A stretch of DNA of 64,000 nt from the NCBI RefSeq assembly GCF_006345805.1, contig NC_043011.1, positions 63,872,464 through 63,936,463 of the forward strand. The letters run 5' to 3'. The DNA comes from Octopus sinensis. Its lineage: Eukaryota. Every line of letters starts with the position of its first letter. Position 1 is the stretch's first letter. The position numbers and the translations under genes were made by a program. A model generated the notes under the pieces. That model worked only from the letters and a program-made list of their open reading frames with translations. It searched no databases and was not told where the DNA came from. This document shows positions 27,916 through 41,509 of this stretch, piece after piece.

Positions 27916-28687
27916 AAGAATGTATAAATACATAAGTACGTATGTGTGGGTGTGTATGTAAGATCCTGAGATGGGATCCATGGACAGATGATAAAGAAAG
28001 GCTTAACATCTTAGATCTTAACATCTTAAATAGGATATTATTATCTTCCACAGAGATGCAATGGTGAAACAAACAATATCAGTAAAAGCTTACTTACCAA
28101 CGATGAGGAACGATAGAATTACTAACAGCTTCATCGTCGATATTCACGTTCAAATCAATGATTGTTTAATTGCAAATTAAACACGATTCTGTCATATATA
28201 AACTAAAACTATGTAACACGTGTTTCTCCATACTGTTTTCAAAAGCCATCAACTAATTTAGATGGCAGGTTCAAACGATTTTCAGGAAGTGTATGAAGAT
28301 TTAAAAAGGAAATTGATTTATGTTTCCGTGTCGTATTTGCAAAAGCAATATTTCAATATTTACATAGAGTGCACACCATCAACACATTTGTATCAAATTC
28401 ATAATTAGTGTCTAAATATGTGTGTACGTACACGTTCATACGTTTGTAAATGTGTTATTTTGTCCTCGTAAATAGAAACTATTACGTTTTAAACTCACAT
28501 ACATGAATAAATACGCACACACGTAAAATCATAAATATCCTAAAGCGCACTGATGTATGCATGCATGTATGTATGTAGACAAACATGAATGTATATATGT
28601 AGATACAAACACACACATATATATATGTGTGTCTCTCTCTCTATATATATGTAAATATATATATATATATACATATACACTCACAAA

Positions 28688-28754
<67 letters not shown>

Positions 28755-30602
28755 TTCAAATCTAATAAAGACAGAGGACGATAACAGGTTAAAGAACACT
28801 GAATCTCCTCCTCTCTACCTCATCTCCCCCTCTTTCTCGGTCCATATCCCCTCTCTTTTTGCTCCATATTCCCCTCTTGCTCGCTCTCTCTCTCGCTCTC
28901 ACGCTCTCTGTCTAATTATGTATATATATATATATACATAATACTACCTCTGCATGCCGAAACCTGCATTACCATTCAGGTTATAGCAATCAACACCAGC
29001 AGTGTGAAACTCGAACAACTTCCGAATATGTTGGCGCTTAGAAAACTGTCGAAAGTGACTCTGAAACAGAGAATAATGATTTTTGTTTGTCCTATATGTA
29101 TCTTGCTCCTTTACCATTGAGAAAGAAAACTTTTGTGCAAACATCCCGTCCAAAAAAAAAAGGAGAAAAAGACGTCGATTGATGGATACAAACATACATC
29201 TATCATGAATTTAACTTGAAAGGATTTTCATTATCTTCACAACAAATTCTGTCCTTGATAGAGTGTGCAAAGGAACAGCCCTAAGCACTGAATATGTCGG
29301 TGAAAACTGAAGGTGTTATCACGATCATAAACATCTAAATGAACGAATAAAAGAGCAATATTGAAATGAGCAAGTTAATTATACATTGTATATACCATCA
29401 AATAACTCCATAAAACAGAAAGACCAGCAATCAAGGACTTATTTTACTAATTAGAATTAATTAAGAAAAGCAACTACTATAATTAAAATGTTGCTCTGAT
29501 TTAATGCATATAAAAAGCCTTCAAATTCGTGTTTCTCAACATCGACTTCAAATATACTTGTAAACATAAAATGAATAAGCATTTTAATATTCTGCTTTGA
29601 ATACAAAACGGCCCAATATACAGTCAGAGGCTTCTAATCCATGCAATTACGCAATGACACGTTTAACTGAAGCGAGTATACTTCAAGTATATCAACAGAA
29701 ATTATCATTAGTCAACGTGGTTCAATGTGTAGCTGTGCCATTAACACCGACTTATGATTTAGAATAATTGTTTCTATAGAAACGACATGTTTTCATGAAA
29801 CCGATGATCCGGATGGAGCTATGAGTTTCAGATGAAACTGGAAATACTCGCCGAATAGGGAAGCAAAACCAGACTCCTTCATTCACCGAACGTCACAAAG
29901 TACAGGAGGTTTCAAGTAGTAAATGTCTATCGAAACAAAACATATACGATCGAAGGGAAGCTGTTAGGAATCTGATGGATGGTGTACTGTGTACAGCTGG
30001 GCAACATTTCGCCATGAAACGGTTATAACCCAAGGCACCTCAAACTTAGCACGTGCATGTTGACATAGCGAACAGTTAACTTCTACTCATCGATTCAGTT
30101 ATTAATGGCAACAATTGTGCAAATTGCTAGCGAAAATGTTTCCGAAAATGAATGAGATCCGTGTGATTCCTGTTAGAATTCTTGGAGAGATCCTCGTCCG
30201 CCGAACACGTGCGATTCGAAACGCAACACAGAAATCCAAGAACGAATTAATATCAACTCTTCAAATTTTAACTAAGAAATGTGCATCTGAATCGTTTAGA
30301 TAATTTTTTTTTTTTTTACAATAATGCTTTAACAGCAGCTCAATCGATATTTGTTCCTTTACTTACTTGTGAAAATTTACACAAGGCTTTAATTTCAATT
30401 TTACGAGTTGTCGCAGCCATTTTACACCATATGAAATTGGTGAATGTATATGTAGATTGAGGAAATCGAAATAAACTCATCATTACATTCGTCACGCTGA
30501 GGCAATTTATAGCTGTAAGTCTGCGGGAAAATAAAACACGTATGTAGACAGACATGGTGTGGATATGTCTGAGATTTATACTTACTTACATATATAGAAA
30601 CA

Positions 30603-30695
<93 letters not shown>

Positions 30696-31265
30696 CTATC
30701 TGTCTGTCTGTCAATCTTTCTATCTATTTATCTATCTATCTATCTGTCTATCTAGGAAAGAACTCATTATGAAAAGGGAAGCATTCCAGAGGTTAAAAAC
30801 AAGAAAGATAGACAGCATGAGAGGAACTGATTTTTGGAGTCAACTAAGAACTCAATATCTATTCCTTCTAATGCCGCCGGGAGAGTTACGTCATTTGTGC
30901 AATGTGGAAAATATTCCATCAATATTGCACAAATGATATTATATATACACATACATACTACTTTAGGAATCCTGACAGGAGATATTTTTATATTTTGTAA
31001 TTTATTATTATCTTAATTGCATTCTACCCACAAATGTGATATAGACTTGTCTTTCTGTATAATCGGTTATGCATTAACTAAGAATCTTACTAACAGAATT
31101 TTTTGCATACATCGTAAATTTCAGTGTAATAAATTTACTTGAGTTAATGATCCTTTCCAATGGTCCTTAATACTTGAAACCCACTAAGTGTCTACAATAC
31201 CCTGCATAATGCTGCATCATAGCGTTTTGTTATTAATTTTTAGTTTGATAAAATGAAAGAAGTTC

Positions 31266-31318
<53 letters not shown>

Positions 31319-31320
31319 AA

Positions 31321-31908
31321 CACAGACATGCAGGAATTAAATAGATATCTTTAATTTTCAAAATTTCTTATCTAAGCGCCTTAATATGTTTTCCCAATCA
31401 AGAATTTAATTTGAAACGAATCCAACCAACTGTGAAACATTGTGGTATCTCTGAAATGGTATGGGGAGCTGTCCCCAGCAATGGTCGTTCTGAGCTGATC
31501 AAATTTATTGGAAACATAAACTCTGAAAAATGCATCGAAATACTTAAGTAGGACAACTTCCGATGTATTCACACGATAACATAACGAAATCTTCCTTGGC
31601 CTGACATGAATCCAATTGAAAATATTTGGAGCATATTTGATAGAGCTATACGAAAAGCTCGACAGAAACCTAAATATAAAGAGTTGTTTCGAATGTGGTG
31701 TGAAAAGTTGGCAGAAATTCCACAAGAGAAAATCTGAAAGCTAATCAGTTCAATGCCAAAAAGCTGCTGAATTAAAATCTACAAAGGGAATATCAAATAA
31801 GTACTAAAGTATGTAGTCCTACGTTTCGATAACATTTTAATTATTCGCTTTGCGTGCAAAATAGATTTGAAAATTTAAAGCTGTCTATTTACTTCCTACA
31901 TGTCTGTG
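31321..31908 (+). mobile_element. Internally deleted Tc1-like DNA transposon with both TIRs
   Basis: TIRs cacagacatgcaggaattaaataga / tctatttacttcctacatgtctgtg followed by TA; transposase remnant PTVKHCG..MVWG and WPDMNPIENIW..LISSMPK. Confidence 0.8.
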
Positions 31909-32229
31909 TAAATATCGACACTAGCAAATCGGAAGCGCATTTGATAATTAATTGGAGACGAAATATTTTAGAAGTTTGCAATTTGGAGTGTGTTTCAATG
32001 ATTTAAACCCTTCTCATCATGTGATATAGGAAATATCTCTTTTTTTTTTTACCTTATCGGAGAAGTTTTATAGCTCTGATTTTCTCTTTGATCTCAGTCT
32101 TCTGAAGTAATTTCATGATACGCCCTTCTTCCAATAAAGATTTCATACCTCATTTGTATGCCGTAACAATGTCTAATTAAATATATATTTTAACACTATT
32201 TCTCTTCACTTCACGATGTCTAGCCATAC

Positions 32230-32259
32230 TCAAAGCATGTAAATCTGTCTGTCTATCTG

Positions 32260-32296
<37 letters not shown>

Positions 32297-32297
32297 A

Positions 32298-32341
<44 letters not shown>

Positions 32342-32400
32342 AATCTATCTATCTCTCTATCTATCTACCTAGCTAGCTACCTACATACATACTTACCTAC
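32230..32400. repeat. (TCTA)n/(CCTA)n tetranucleotide array
   Basis: Direct reading. Confidence 0.9.
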
Positions 32401-33989
32401 ATTCATTCCTGCCTACCGACATATCTTTCTACATTCTGTATTTATTTATGGGTGTTTAAGCATATATAAGATAGTTTGTATGCGTGTCTGCGTATTTTGG
32501 CATGTGGGGCATCAAATGATTCAGTAATCTTTCGGGTACCAAAGGAACTTTATTTTCAATAAATTATTTTCCTTCCCCCACCAATTTCTTCATTTTTTGT
32601 TTTTTACAATTATAATAATACACGTATTATACAGCGTGTATAAAAAACATGCCAGTCAGAACCCAACATACGTAGATGGACGTATCCACCTTTATGCAAT
32701 TACCTGATGTAACGGTAACTCGACAGATTGATGCAACACAACTAGATGTGCTACATCCTACCCCTAACGGTTAGTTGCAGGATGTGTTAAAACGATCGTC
32801 ATACGAGCATTTATCGTATTCCGTTTACCTAATCTAACGAACAAGGATTTGCTATTTTGTTTGCTATGGTAGATGATGGACCAAAATTTCATGCAGTTTG
32901 ATTGAACCCAGAAACATTTAGTTGTGAAGCAACCACACTGTGCTCTCATAACTTTGCCAGCATCTATGCTATATTTATACCGGTGCTTTTCGTGTAACTG
33001 TGTGAAAATAGGTTATACCAGTTTAAATATGAATATTTTAGTAGATTTTTAGTATAATAATATATTTCTATTTCTTATGGAGTGTGTTATGAAATGCTTC
33101 CTATTTATAGAATTAAAACTGAAAATAATATAGTTTTCTAATACTTCCTTAAATGAAATACTTTTGTTAATTTTTAATTGCCACAGGCAATATTTTTCCT
33201 AATTATATTTCTTTAGTTGGGAAAACATACCTGATAATTGTGTGTATTTATTTGAAAACTACTGTGTTGAGATTACTCTTTATCATTCTTTTTTTTTTAC
33301 ATTGATTTACCTAATAATTAAGTAGAAATTAATTCTTACTGACAACCATGATAGTCATAGAAATCTAGTTTTATAACTTAACAATGTGATTTCCGCAGTT
33401 ACATTTTCTAAATTTACATAATTTCTATTATTAATACTTACTGTCTGGGTCTGAAATTTATTTCTTAGAGTTTTATTCATATTTTGAAAAATGAAGTTCG
33501 AATAAATACTATTTATCATCCTCAAATATTTCCTGATTGCTCGCCATCATATGTGTTCTGTAATAGTACATAGTTTATATTTAGAGCTGTGTCATACTAA
33601 CGCATTCATTTTCTTTGGAAGTTGTATTTGTCTGTGACCAAGTGTGCTAGATATATTTTAGTCATTCAAAAACACAACCGAAGATGTTAACTCCATTTAG
33701 TTATTGCCTGGAGCCACAGAGGGAGATTGATTAGATAGGAAGAAAAGGAGAGATATGGAGGAGAGATAGAGAGAGGGAGAACAATATATTTCGCAAGCAT
33801 AATTCCGAACGAAAAGCAAGATAATTTACTTGTAATAATGAGTGAATGATAATAATAAGAATGTCTGACATGTAGAGGCCAGAGGCAAATAAAAAAATTA
33901 ACATAAAACTCTGAGTTGTATGTAAATTGGCCCACTGTCTAATTTCAGACTATGTAAATTAGAAGCATGTGAGAGAGGAGATCGAAAAC

Positions 33990-34960
33990 GGCGCGACTAT
34001 TTGTGAATTTATTTTTGTATTATTGAATGGTTGCAAGAATTATCATAAAATAATTGTTAGAGTTGTAGAGATTAAATTCCTCCAAGTTGTCTTTGAGCAT
34101 TTCTCCGTTCCGAATAGTTTTAGAGTTGAAAGTAAACTTGGTCTCATCGGGTCCTAGTCTAGCATTCAGATCACCAGCTATAACAAGAAAATTATGGAGA
34201 GGTATTTGCTCAATAGTTGAACGAAGCTTTGTATAAAAATTCTCAATCTCGTCTGCTACAGACGAAATATTAGGGCCATACACACATACCAATGTTGTTT
34301 TCGGGTTTCCATCTATCTCAAGCACCATAATTCTAGGTGAGATTGACTCTCTACTCAAGAGAGAATCACTGGCTTTTGAAGAAAGTGGAATTCAGATACC
34401 TCCAACTGTTGAATTAACAGTATTCTTTGATGCTGAGGAGGTTACAAGTTGATAAGAACCGACTTGATGGTATTTCAGGATGTTGTCAGGGTGGTAAAAT
34501 CGGTGTTCTTGGACAGCTATTATATCAATGCCATGTGATTCTGTATTTACACCAAGTTCTTCTAGACGGCCGAGAGAACCGAGGGTGCGTGCATTGAAGG
34601 TGCTGAGTATCGTATGATTTTACAGCTGATGAGGTGTTTGTCTGGATTGTTTGGTTAGGAGCTGACTCTTTTCCATCAGGTGATACCCGTCTGACGTATG
34701 CAGGTCAGGTCTGATGTATGCAGCATCGGATCCTACTACTGGTAAACTGTAAACCAGTACAACCTGTGTCAGTGGGGTAGAAAGGGCTCCTTAGCTGTAG
34801 TGAAGGCAATCTGTCTAGGGAGACAACCTTACAACAAATCACTCGGTCCGTAGCTTAAAAATACTGGGTTGACGTCCTGCGGGAACAGCTTTGTTTCATG
34901 GAGGAGGAAAGATCTTCTTTAGTACTTGGTTGTACAATGTTTTCCAATGTGTGTAGTAGT
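33990..34960 (-). mobile_element. RTE-clade LINE 5' part (5' UTR plus APE endonuclease), 3'-truncated
   Basis: TLGSLGRLEEL..GIDIIAVQEHR, LVCVYGP, FLVIAGDLNARLG; RTE-like 5' UTR ctccctagacagattgccttcactacagctaaggagccc. Confidence 0.85.
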
Positions 34961-35499
34961 GGAGCGGGCACACATTATTAGCCATTTGAAAAGATTATGG
35001 AATTTACAATTAACTGCACCAGGGAACCAGACCTAATGGTATACCTGCGGATGTAGGTCCAGCCCCTGCTTTGCCGGGTCCTGTCTCTGATCACGTTGCA
35101 CCTCCAAGGGCATCCATTGACGGTGATGCCCTCAATCTTAACAGACGGTACACAGTATAAAATTCCAAGAATTGAACTCACTAAACGTTAACCTTAAGCA
35201 ATTTCCCGAAGTTTCCTATTGTTCGATGTGGTTAGCTGGAACCAGGAAGTACTTGTAATATACCTGCCCGGATGCAGAATCTCTATCCTTTTGCTGTAGC
35301 TAAGGTGCAGGGATCGCTTTATGTATTCGGGCAATTGTCATTGTAATCAATTTCATCGCCTTTCACTCTTCTCTACATAATGACGTCACTAGTGAATGGT
35401 GTCGCTTGTGGTCAGCTAAGATAAATTTACACCCATCAAAAAAAAAATTGGTACAACTTACAATATTCTGCTCACCGACCACTGGCTATATACTATATA

Positions 35500-35815
35500 T
35501 TGTCCTTTCTTCTTCTTTTTCTTCTTCTTCTTCTTCTAATTTTTCTCCCACTTCTTCTTCTTCTCATTTCTTCTTCTTCTCCTTCTTCTTCTTCTCCTTC
35601 TTCTCCTTCTTCTTCCCATTTCTTCCGCTTCGTCATCTTCTACCTCCTCGTTTTATCTTTTTCTCACGCGTCTTCTTCCTCTTAATCTCCTTTTTCTTGT
35701 CTCCCCCTCTCCCTCTCCTCCTCTCCTCCCCCTTTTCTCTTCTTCGTTTTTCCTATTATTTTCTTTTCATCCCCTCCTTTCTTCTTCTTTTTCTTCTTCC
35801 TTCCCACATGATCTC
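35500..35815. repeat. Polypyrimidine (CTT/CCT)n tract
   Basis: Direct reading. Confidence 0.9.
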
Positions 35816-36589
35816 TATACTATTTATTCAGCCCCTTACCACACATTTTGTTACTTTTTGGTTCCTTCGTTATATAACGCATAAAGCAACGTCGAAAATA
35901 CTCACAGTGTAGGGGCGCACGTCTGATGAAGTGCCATTTTAACGTCTAAATACATAAACATATGGAAAATTTCCACTTCCATATTATCGGTAAACTGTCG
36001 TTGCCAGCAAATTTGGTAGAGAAACAATTGAAATGAATCATTAAACACGAATTTGCTTCTCTTCTTATTATTTGGATCCTAATTTTCTCTTCGTCACACT
36101 CCCACAAAGGTGTGGAAGTAGTGAAACCATAATTATTTTACTCTTAAAGAATTTTTGCTTTTGTTCCAGAATCCGGCAGTGTTCATATCCCCGAACACAT
36201 GTTGAGTGCTTCACTTGAAATATCTTACATTTATACCCAACCAGAGTAAACAAGCACAAACACACACACACACATGCACACACCTATGTGTGTGTATGCA
36301 TATGTATGTAGTGTGTGTATGTGCATATGTGTGTGTGAGCTTGCAGCGAACATTGTTTAGCAGTTCAAATTCTCTGGATGTTGACATTGCTCTCTATCTT
36401 TTCGGTGTCTTTGAAATAAGTATCGATTGATCACGAGTGTCGATGTGATTACCTTACAGCTTACAGGAGGCATGCTGGTTCATACCAAAATTTGAAGCCT
36501 ATAGATTTGATATATCGCTAAGGCGTCTAGCTGTCAGAAACATTAGTATGACAGGGAAAAGTGCCGAGGTGCATTTCGTTCGCCTGTAC

Positions 36590-36885
36590 GTTTTGATTTT
36601 AAATTCTGCTGAGGTCGATATTGTCCTTCATTCTTTCGGGGGTCGATAAAATAAGTACTAGATGAATACAGACGAACACTGGGGCCGATAGATTGGCAGA
36701 CCCCTTCTCCCGAAATTGCTAGCTTTGTGACAAAATTTGAAACCAATATTATTATTATCGCTAATGGCAGATAATTTAACGCGCCGGACAAAATGCTTAG
36801 TTCAAGTTCAGCCGAGGTCACTTTGCTTTCCATCCTTTAAGGGTCGATAAAATGAAAAATAATTGACTATTGGGGACGATATAAT
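36590..36885 (+). mobile_element. Two tandem octopus-type SINE fragments
   Basis: gaggtcgat..cttcattctttcgggggtcgataaaataagtac and gccgaggtcactttgctttccatcctttaagggtcgataaaa. Confidence 0.65.
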
Positions 36886-37898
36886 CAATAGCATTGTGCT
36901 ACTTTTCGAACAAATATGTATTTTCTGCATTTTTTAAAATCTTCAAAAATATCACACGTAATTTTCAGTCAACATGTTTTCATTTATTTATTCATAGGCA
37001 ATAAAAAACTGTGATTCCAAAGAATAGAGGAGAGATGAATTCCTGTGAATCAAATGAAAAATATTTGTTGAAACGCATATTATCAAACATTTTATCTAAA
37101 TTTAAGGTAAAGACTGTTACTATTTCTTTAATTCTTTAAACACAATATATACACACACGCACGCAGACAGACACACACACACATTCACACGCATATATAT
37201 AAGTATATAAATAGATTTCCGAAATTTTATAGGTAGGGATATAAGATCAAAGGGAGGAACCGTAGTCGCTTTTACCGGTTAATAGTGCTGGATAGTCTCA
37301 GTGAGTGTATAGAACTGCATAAACACCTCTAGTGCAACGACGGGAAGCGCTTCTCCTGCAGCAGTTTTGCGTTCCAATATCAGCTGCGCTGACCCTTGTT
37401 GCTGACCTATTCTTTTTATTCCTTCATAAATTTTACGTTGTGTTCTGAGCCTCTTTTCACTTCGGACAAGAATATGTGCAATACTTACCAAGGATATTAG
37501 AAATTAAAATGCCACCTCTCCCCGAAGCTATTTAAATTGAGAAAGTCTCTCGCACAGGGAAAATCTCACTTCGTAATCAACGTTTACATTTCGCTTGGAA
37601 AGATTTCTAGTTTACGTCATTGGATGCAAAATTGGATTTACACAAGTAACGTTTGTTTTAAGAAAACATGAACAAGCACACGCGCACATATCTGAATTTA
37701 ATACTGAGCTGTCAGTGATCACTCAATCCATTGAAATGTGATTCCTTTTTAATCCGGTTTCTAACCCTGAAGAAATATTCAATTAACTATATTCAAAATG
37801 CATATTTAATTACTGATTTAATTATTCATTTGGAATTTGAAATTAATTTGAACAAAAAAACAATTGTAGTTTTCTTTTCTGATACACATATGGATGTT

Positions 37899-37937
37899 CC
37901 ATTCTGTCGAAGAGCGTAGGCTCGAAACGTAAAAGAC
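37899..37937 (+). ncRNA. Minimal hammerhead-like motif, CUGUCGA (A6U) family, copy 1
   Basis: tt-CTGTCGA-a-gagc gtag gctc-GAAA-cg-TA-aaagac; conserved ~100-nt 3' flank ending at (TA)n (38029). Confidence 0.55.
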
Positions 37938-38025
37938 TTCCTCATTTCTCGAGCCTTAAACTAATACATCTGTTTGTTGTTTACTCATCCGTCTTCGTCT
38001 TTTGTTTTTTGGTAAATTTTCACTA

Positions 38026-38125
<100 letters not shown>

Positions 38126-39179
38126 TTGTGTGTGTGTTTTGTGTGTATATATATATATGTGTGTGTGTGTCTGTGTATCCTCGGAAATGACGTCGGAGCG
38201 CACAATTTTGCTGTGATTTTCCGGCAGTATTTCGATTTTCTCCTAATATTTCACGCATGTTTCATTATAATGTATGGAGACACTATGCTGTCAACAACAT
38301 TAAGAACTTCACTAGCTTCCTTGATATATCACGAAATCTTGATTCCATTCCACATTTTACCCACTTTGACATCAATTCTATAGATAATTCATGCATGTCT
38401 CTCGGGCGCATAACCCTGAAAATATGTGCACACACTTATTTACACCTTCACGATCACGACTCAACTACCATTCTACAAAAACTATTCTTCAACCTTTTCC
38501 CAAACTGCCCACATCGTTATCATTGTTAACTCATATCCTTATATATGCACATATAACAGCCTCGAATGTCTTTTCTTTATTCTATTGGCTTAAACGCATA
38601 CAAACTGATGCCAAATAAGCTTGGAGGAAACCATGATACTTTTGAACATAGCCTTTTCGCTTTGGATACTAATGTATATCGGTGTAACTCACAGTTATCA
38701 ACAAATATTATGGGTAGATTAACACCTGATACAGCTTCTACTTTACCCGATTTGTAACCAGGAAAATTAATTGCCAATATTGATATCAGATATCAAAACA
38801 TTGAGCAATCTTTCACCTAATAACGTAAAGTAAGTTTGCATTCTTCACTAGAAAAGTTAATTCCAAAACGAAACTCACTCGCACAATATTTATATCGTTT
38901 TCGGGGCTATGTTAGAATTGCATTTTAATCCAACTGCCACTGTACATGTTTTTCATGTCAACAATTTAAGCATTGTTCATCACAAATGACCGGAAATAAT
39001 GCTTATGAAGAGAGTTCATTGCTTCATAGACATCGTTTAACGATTTCTCAAGAAGGGACATTATACAATGTGCTGCAGATCACAACACGCACGCAACGCC
39101 GGGTTATATATAACTTAGAATAACTTAGAAAGGTTTTGGCCAGTATTTGTTGCCCAGGCCATGTCTAACTTAATAATTT

Positions 39180-39337
39180 TATATATATATATATAATATA
39201 TATATTATGTATGTAATGTAATGCGTATGTCTATCTATACGTCCTCTCTCTCTCCTCTCTCTATATATATAATATATATATATATATTACGTATGTATAT
39301 CTATCTATATCTATATCTATCTATATATCTATCTATT

Positions 39338-39386
<49 letters not shown>

Positions 39387-39413
39387 GTATATATAGATAA
39401 GAAAGTTGGTTGT

Positions 39414-39452
<39 letters not shown>

Positions 39453-39788
39453 GATAGATATACATATGTAATTATATATATATATATATATAACGTATAG
39501 ATAGACTTACATATTTACATATACATACATATATACATGCATATATGTGTGTATATATTATATATGTATATATATATTACGTATGTATATCTATCTATAT
39601 CTATGTATATCTATCTATCTATCTATCTAATCTAAATTTATATATATATATATGTATATTATATAATTTATATATATATATATATATATAATATATATTA
39701 CGTATGTTTATCTATCTATATATATGTCTATCTATCTATCTATCTATCTGTAATTTATATATATATATGTATATATATGTAATTATCT

Positions 39789-39827
<39 letters not shown>

Positions 39828-39835
39828 TATATTAA
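39180..39835. repeat. Complex TA/TCTA array with higher-order duplicated blocks
   Basis: Marker atatatattacgtatgt(a/t)tatctatctatat recurs at ~39283, ~39572 and ~39696. Confidence 0.8.
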
Positions 39836-39984
39836 TAATAAATATAAGAGTGTGGTCACTATATGGCTCACTCTTGTACCAGTTAATCCAAAAGGTTTCA
39901 ACCACAAAAAACATGTTTCCCAAAAGTCAGTACGATTTTAGCTCACACGGACGGGCAAATAAAAAATAACAAAAATACAGATTA

Positions 39985-40066
39985 TTTTGGGACAATTGTT
40001 TCGCTATTAATGAATTAAATGTAATTTTACTTACAAAACAATCCACTTGTAGCTCCTCAGCCAAAA
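39985..40066 (-). ncRNA. Type I hammerhead ribozyme (inverted copy), canonical core, GUC site
   Basis: Reverse complement: ttttgg-CTGAGGA-gcta..tagc-GAAA-caattg-TC-ccaaaa. Confidence 0.85.
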
Positions 40067-40350
40067 CTATCTGGGTGAAATACACTCAATCACACGCCAG
40101 ATTTTACCATAACGATAAATACGCGTGCGGTTCAATTGATTACATCCGACGTTATAATTCAAATGCCCCAACTAACAGCGCGCCAAATTTTCACGGAAAA
40201 CAAATACAGCATTTAGAAATAAATGAAAATTTGGCGCGCTGTTAGTTGGGGCATTTGAATTACAACGTCCGATGTAATCAATTGAACCACACGCGTATTT
40301 ATCGTTATGGTAAAATCTGGCGTGTGATTGAGTGGATTTCATCGAGATAG

Positions 40351-40432
40351 TTTTGGCTGAGGAGCTACAAGTGGATGTTTTTGTAAGTAAAATTACATTT
40401 AATTCATTAATAGCGAAACAATTTTCCCAAAA
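40351..40432 (+). ncRNA. Type I hammerhead, unit 1 (G16.2U: UUC site, probably impaired)
   Basis: ttttgg-CTGAGGA-gcta..tagc-GAAAC-aatt-TTC-ccaaaa. Confidence 0.75.
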
Positions 40433-40889
40433 TAATCTGTATTTTTGTTATTTTTTATTTGCCCTGTCCGTGTGAGCTAACAATCGTACTGACTTTCATG
40501 GGAAACATGTATTTTTGTGGTTGAAACCTTTTGGATTAACTGGTGCTAGAGTGAGCCATATAGTGACCACTCTCTTATATTTATTTTGTAAAAATATTAT
40601 AATATATTATAAAATATTATAATAATCCAGGTTTCTCGGAGCACTAGGCCACTTGGTGTATAATAGATATACTATTAAATTAGTATCTAATTCTCTCACC
40701 CTTATTAATTAATTAATTATAATTATGCTGCATTTATTTCTAAATGCTGTATTTGTTTTCCGTGGAAATTTGGCGCGCTGTTAGTTGGGGCATTTGAAAT
40801 ATAACGTCGGATGTAATCAATTGAACCACACGCGTATTTATCGTTATGGTAAAATCTGGCGTGTGATTGAGTGGATTTCATCCAGATAG

Positions 40890-40971
40890 TTTTGGCTGAG
40901 GAGCTACAAGTGGATTTTTTTGTAAGTAAAATTACATTTAGTTCATTAATAGCGAAACAATTGTCCCAAAA
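40890..40971 (+). ncRNA. Type I hammerhead ribozyme, unit 2, canonical
   Basis: CTGAGGA 40896-40902, GAAAC 40954-40958, GTC 40963-40965, stem I ttttgg/ccaaaa. Confidence 0.88.
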
Positions 40972-41428
40972 TAATCTGTATTTTTGTTATTTTTTATTTG
41001 CCCTGTCCGTGTGAGCTAACAATCGTACTAACTTTCATGGGAAACATGTATTTTTGTGGTTGAAACCTTTTGGATTAACTGGTGCTAGAGTGAGCCATAT
41101 AGTGACCACTCTCTTATATTTATTTTGTAAAAATATTATAATATATTATAAAATATTATAATAATCCAGGTTTCTCGGAGCACTAGGCCACTTGGTGTAG
41201 AATAGATATACTATTAAATTAGTATCTAATTCTCTCACCCGTATTAATTAATTAATTATAATTATGCTGCATTTATTTCTATATGCTGTATTTGTTTTCC
41301 GTGAAAATTTGGCGCGCTGTTAGTTGGGGCATTTGAATTATAACGTCGGATGTAATCAATTGAACCACACGCGTATTTATCGTTATGGTAAAATCTGGCG
41401 TGTGATTGAGTGGATTTCATCTAGATAG

Positions 41429-41509
41429 TTTTGGCTGAGGAGCTACAAGTGAATTTTTTGTAAGTAAAATTACATTTAATTCATTAATAGCGAAACAATT
41501 GTCCCAAAA
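41429..41509 (+). ncRNA. Type I hammerhead ribozyme, unit 3, canonical
   Basis: CTGAGGA 41435-41441, GAAAC 41492-41496, GTC 41501-41503. Confidence 0.88.

Noticed and set aside
35924-35950. CTGATGAAGTGCC
   Set aside because: No downstream GAAA or stem partner
40487-40516. Second GAAACATGTA inside each 539-bp unit, preceded by CTGACTT
   Set aside because: The 5' half does not match CUGANGA and there is no stem I; not a second ribozyme
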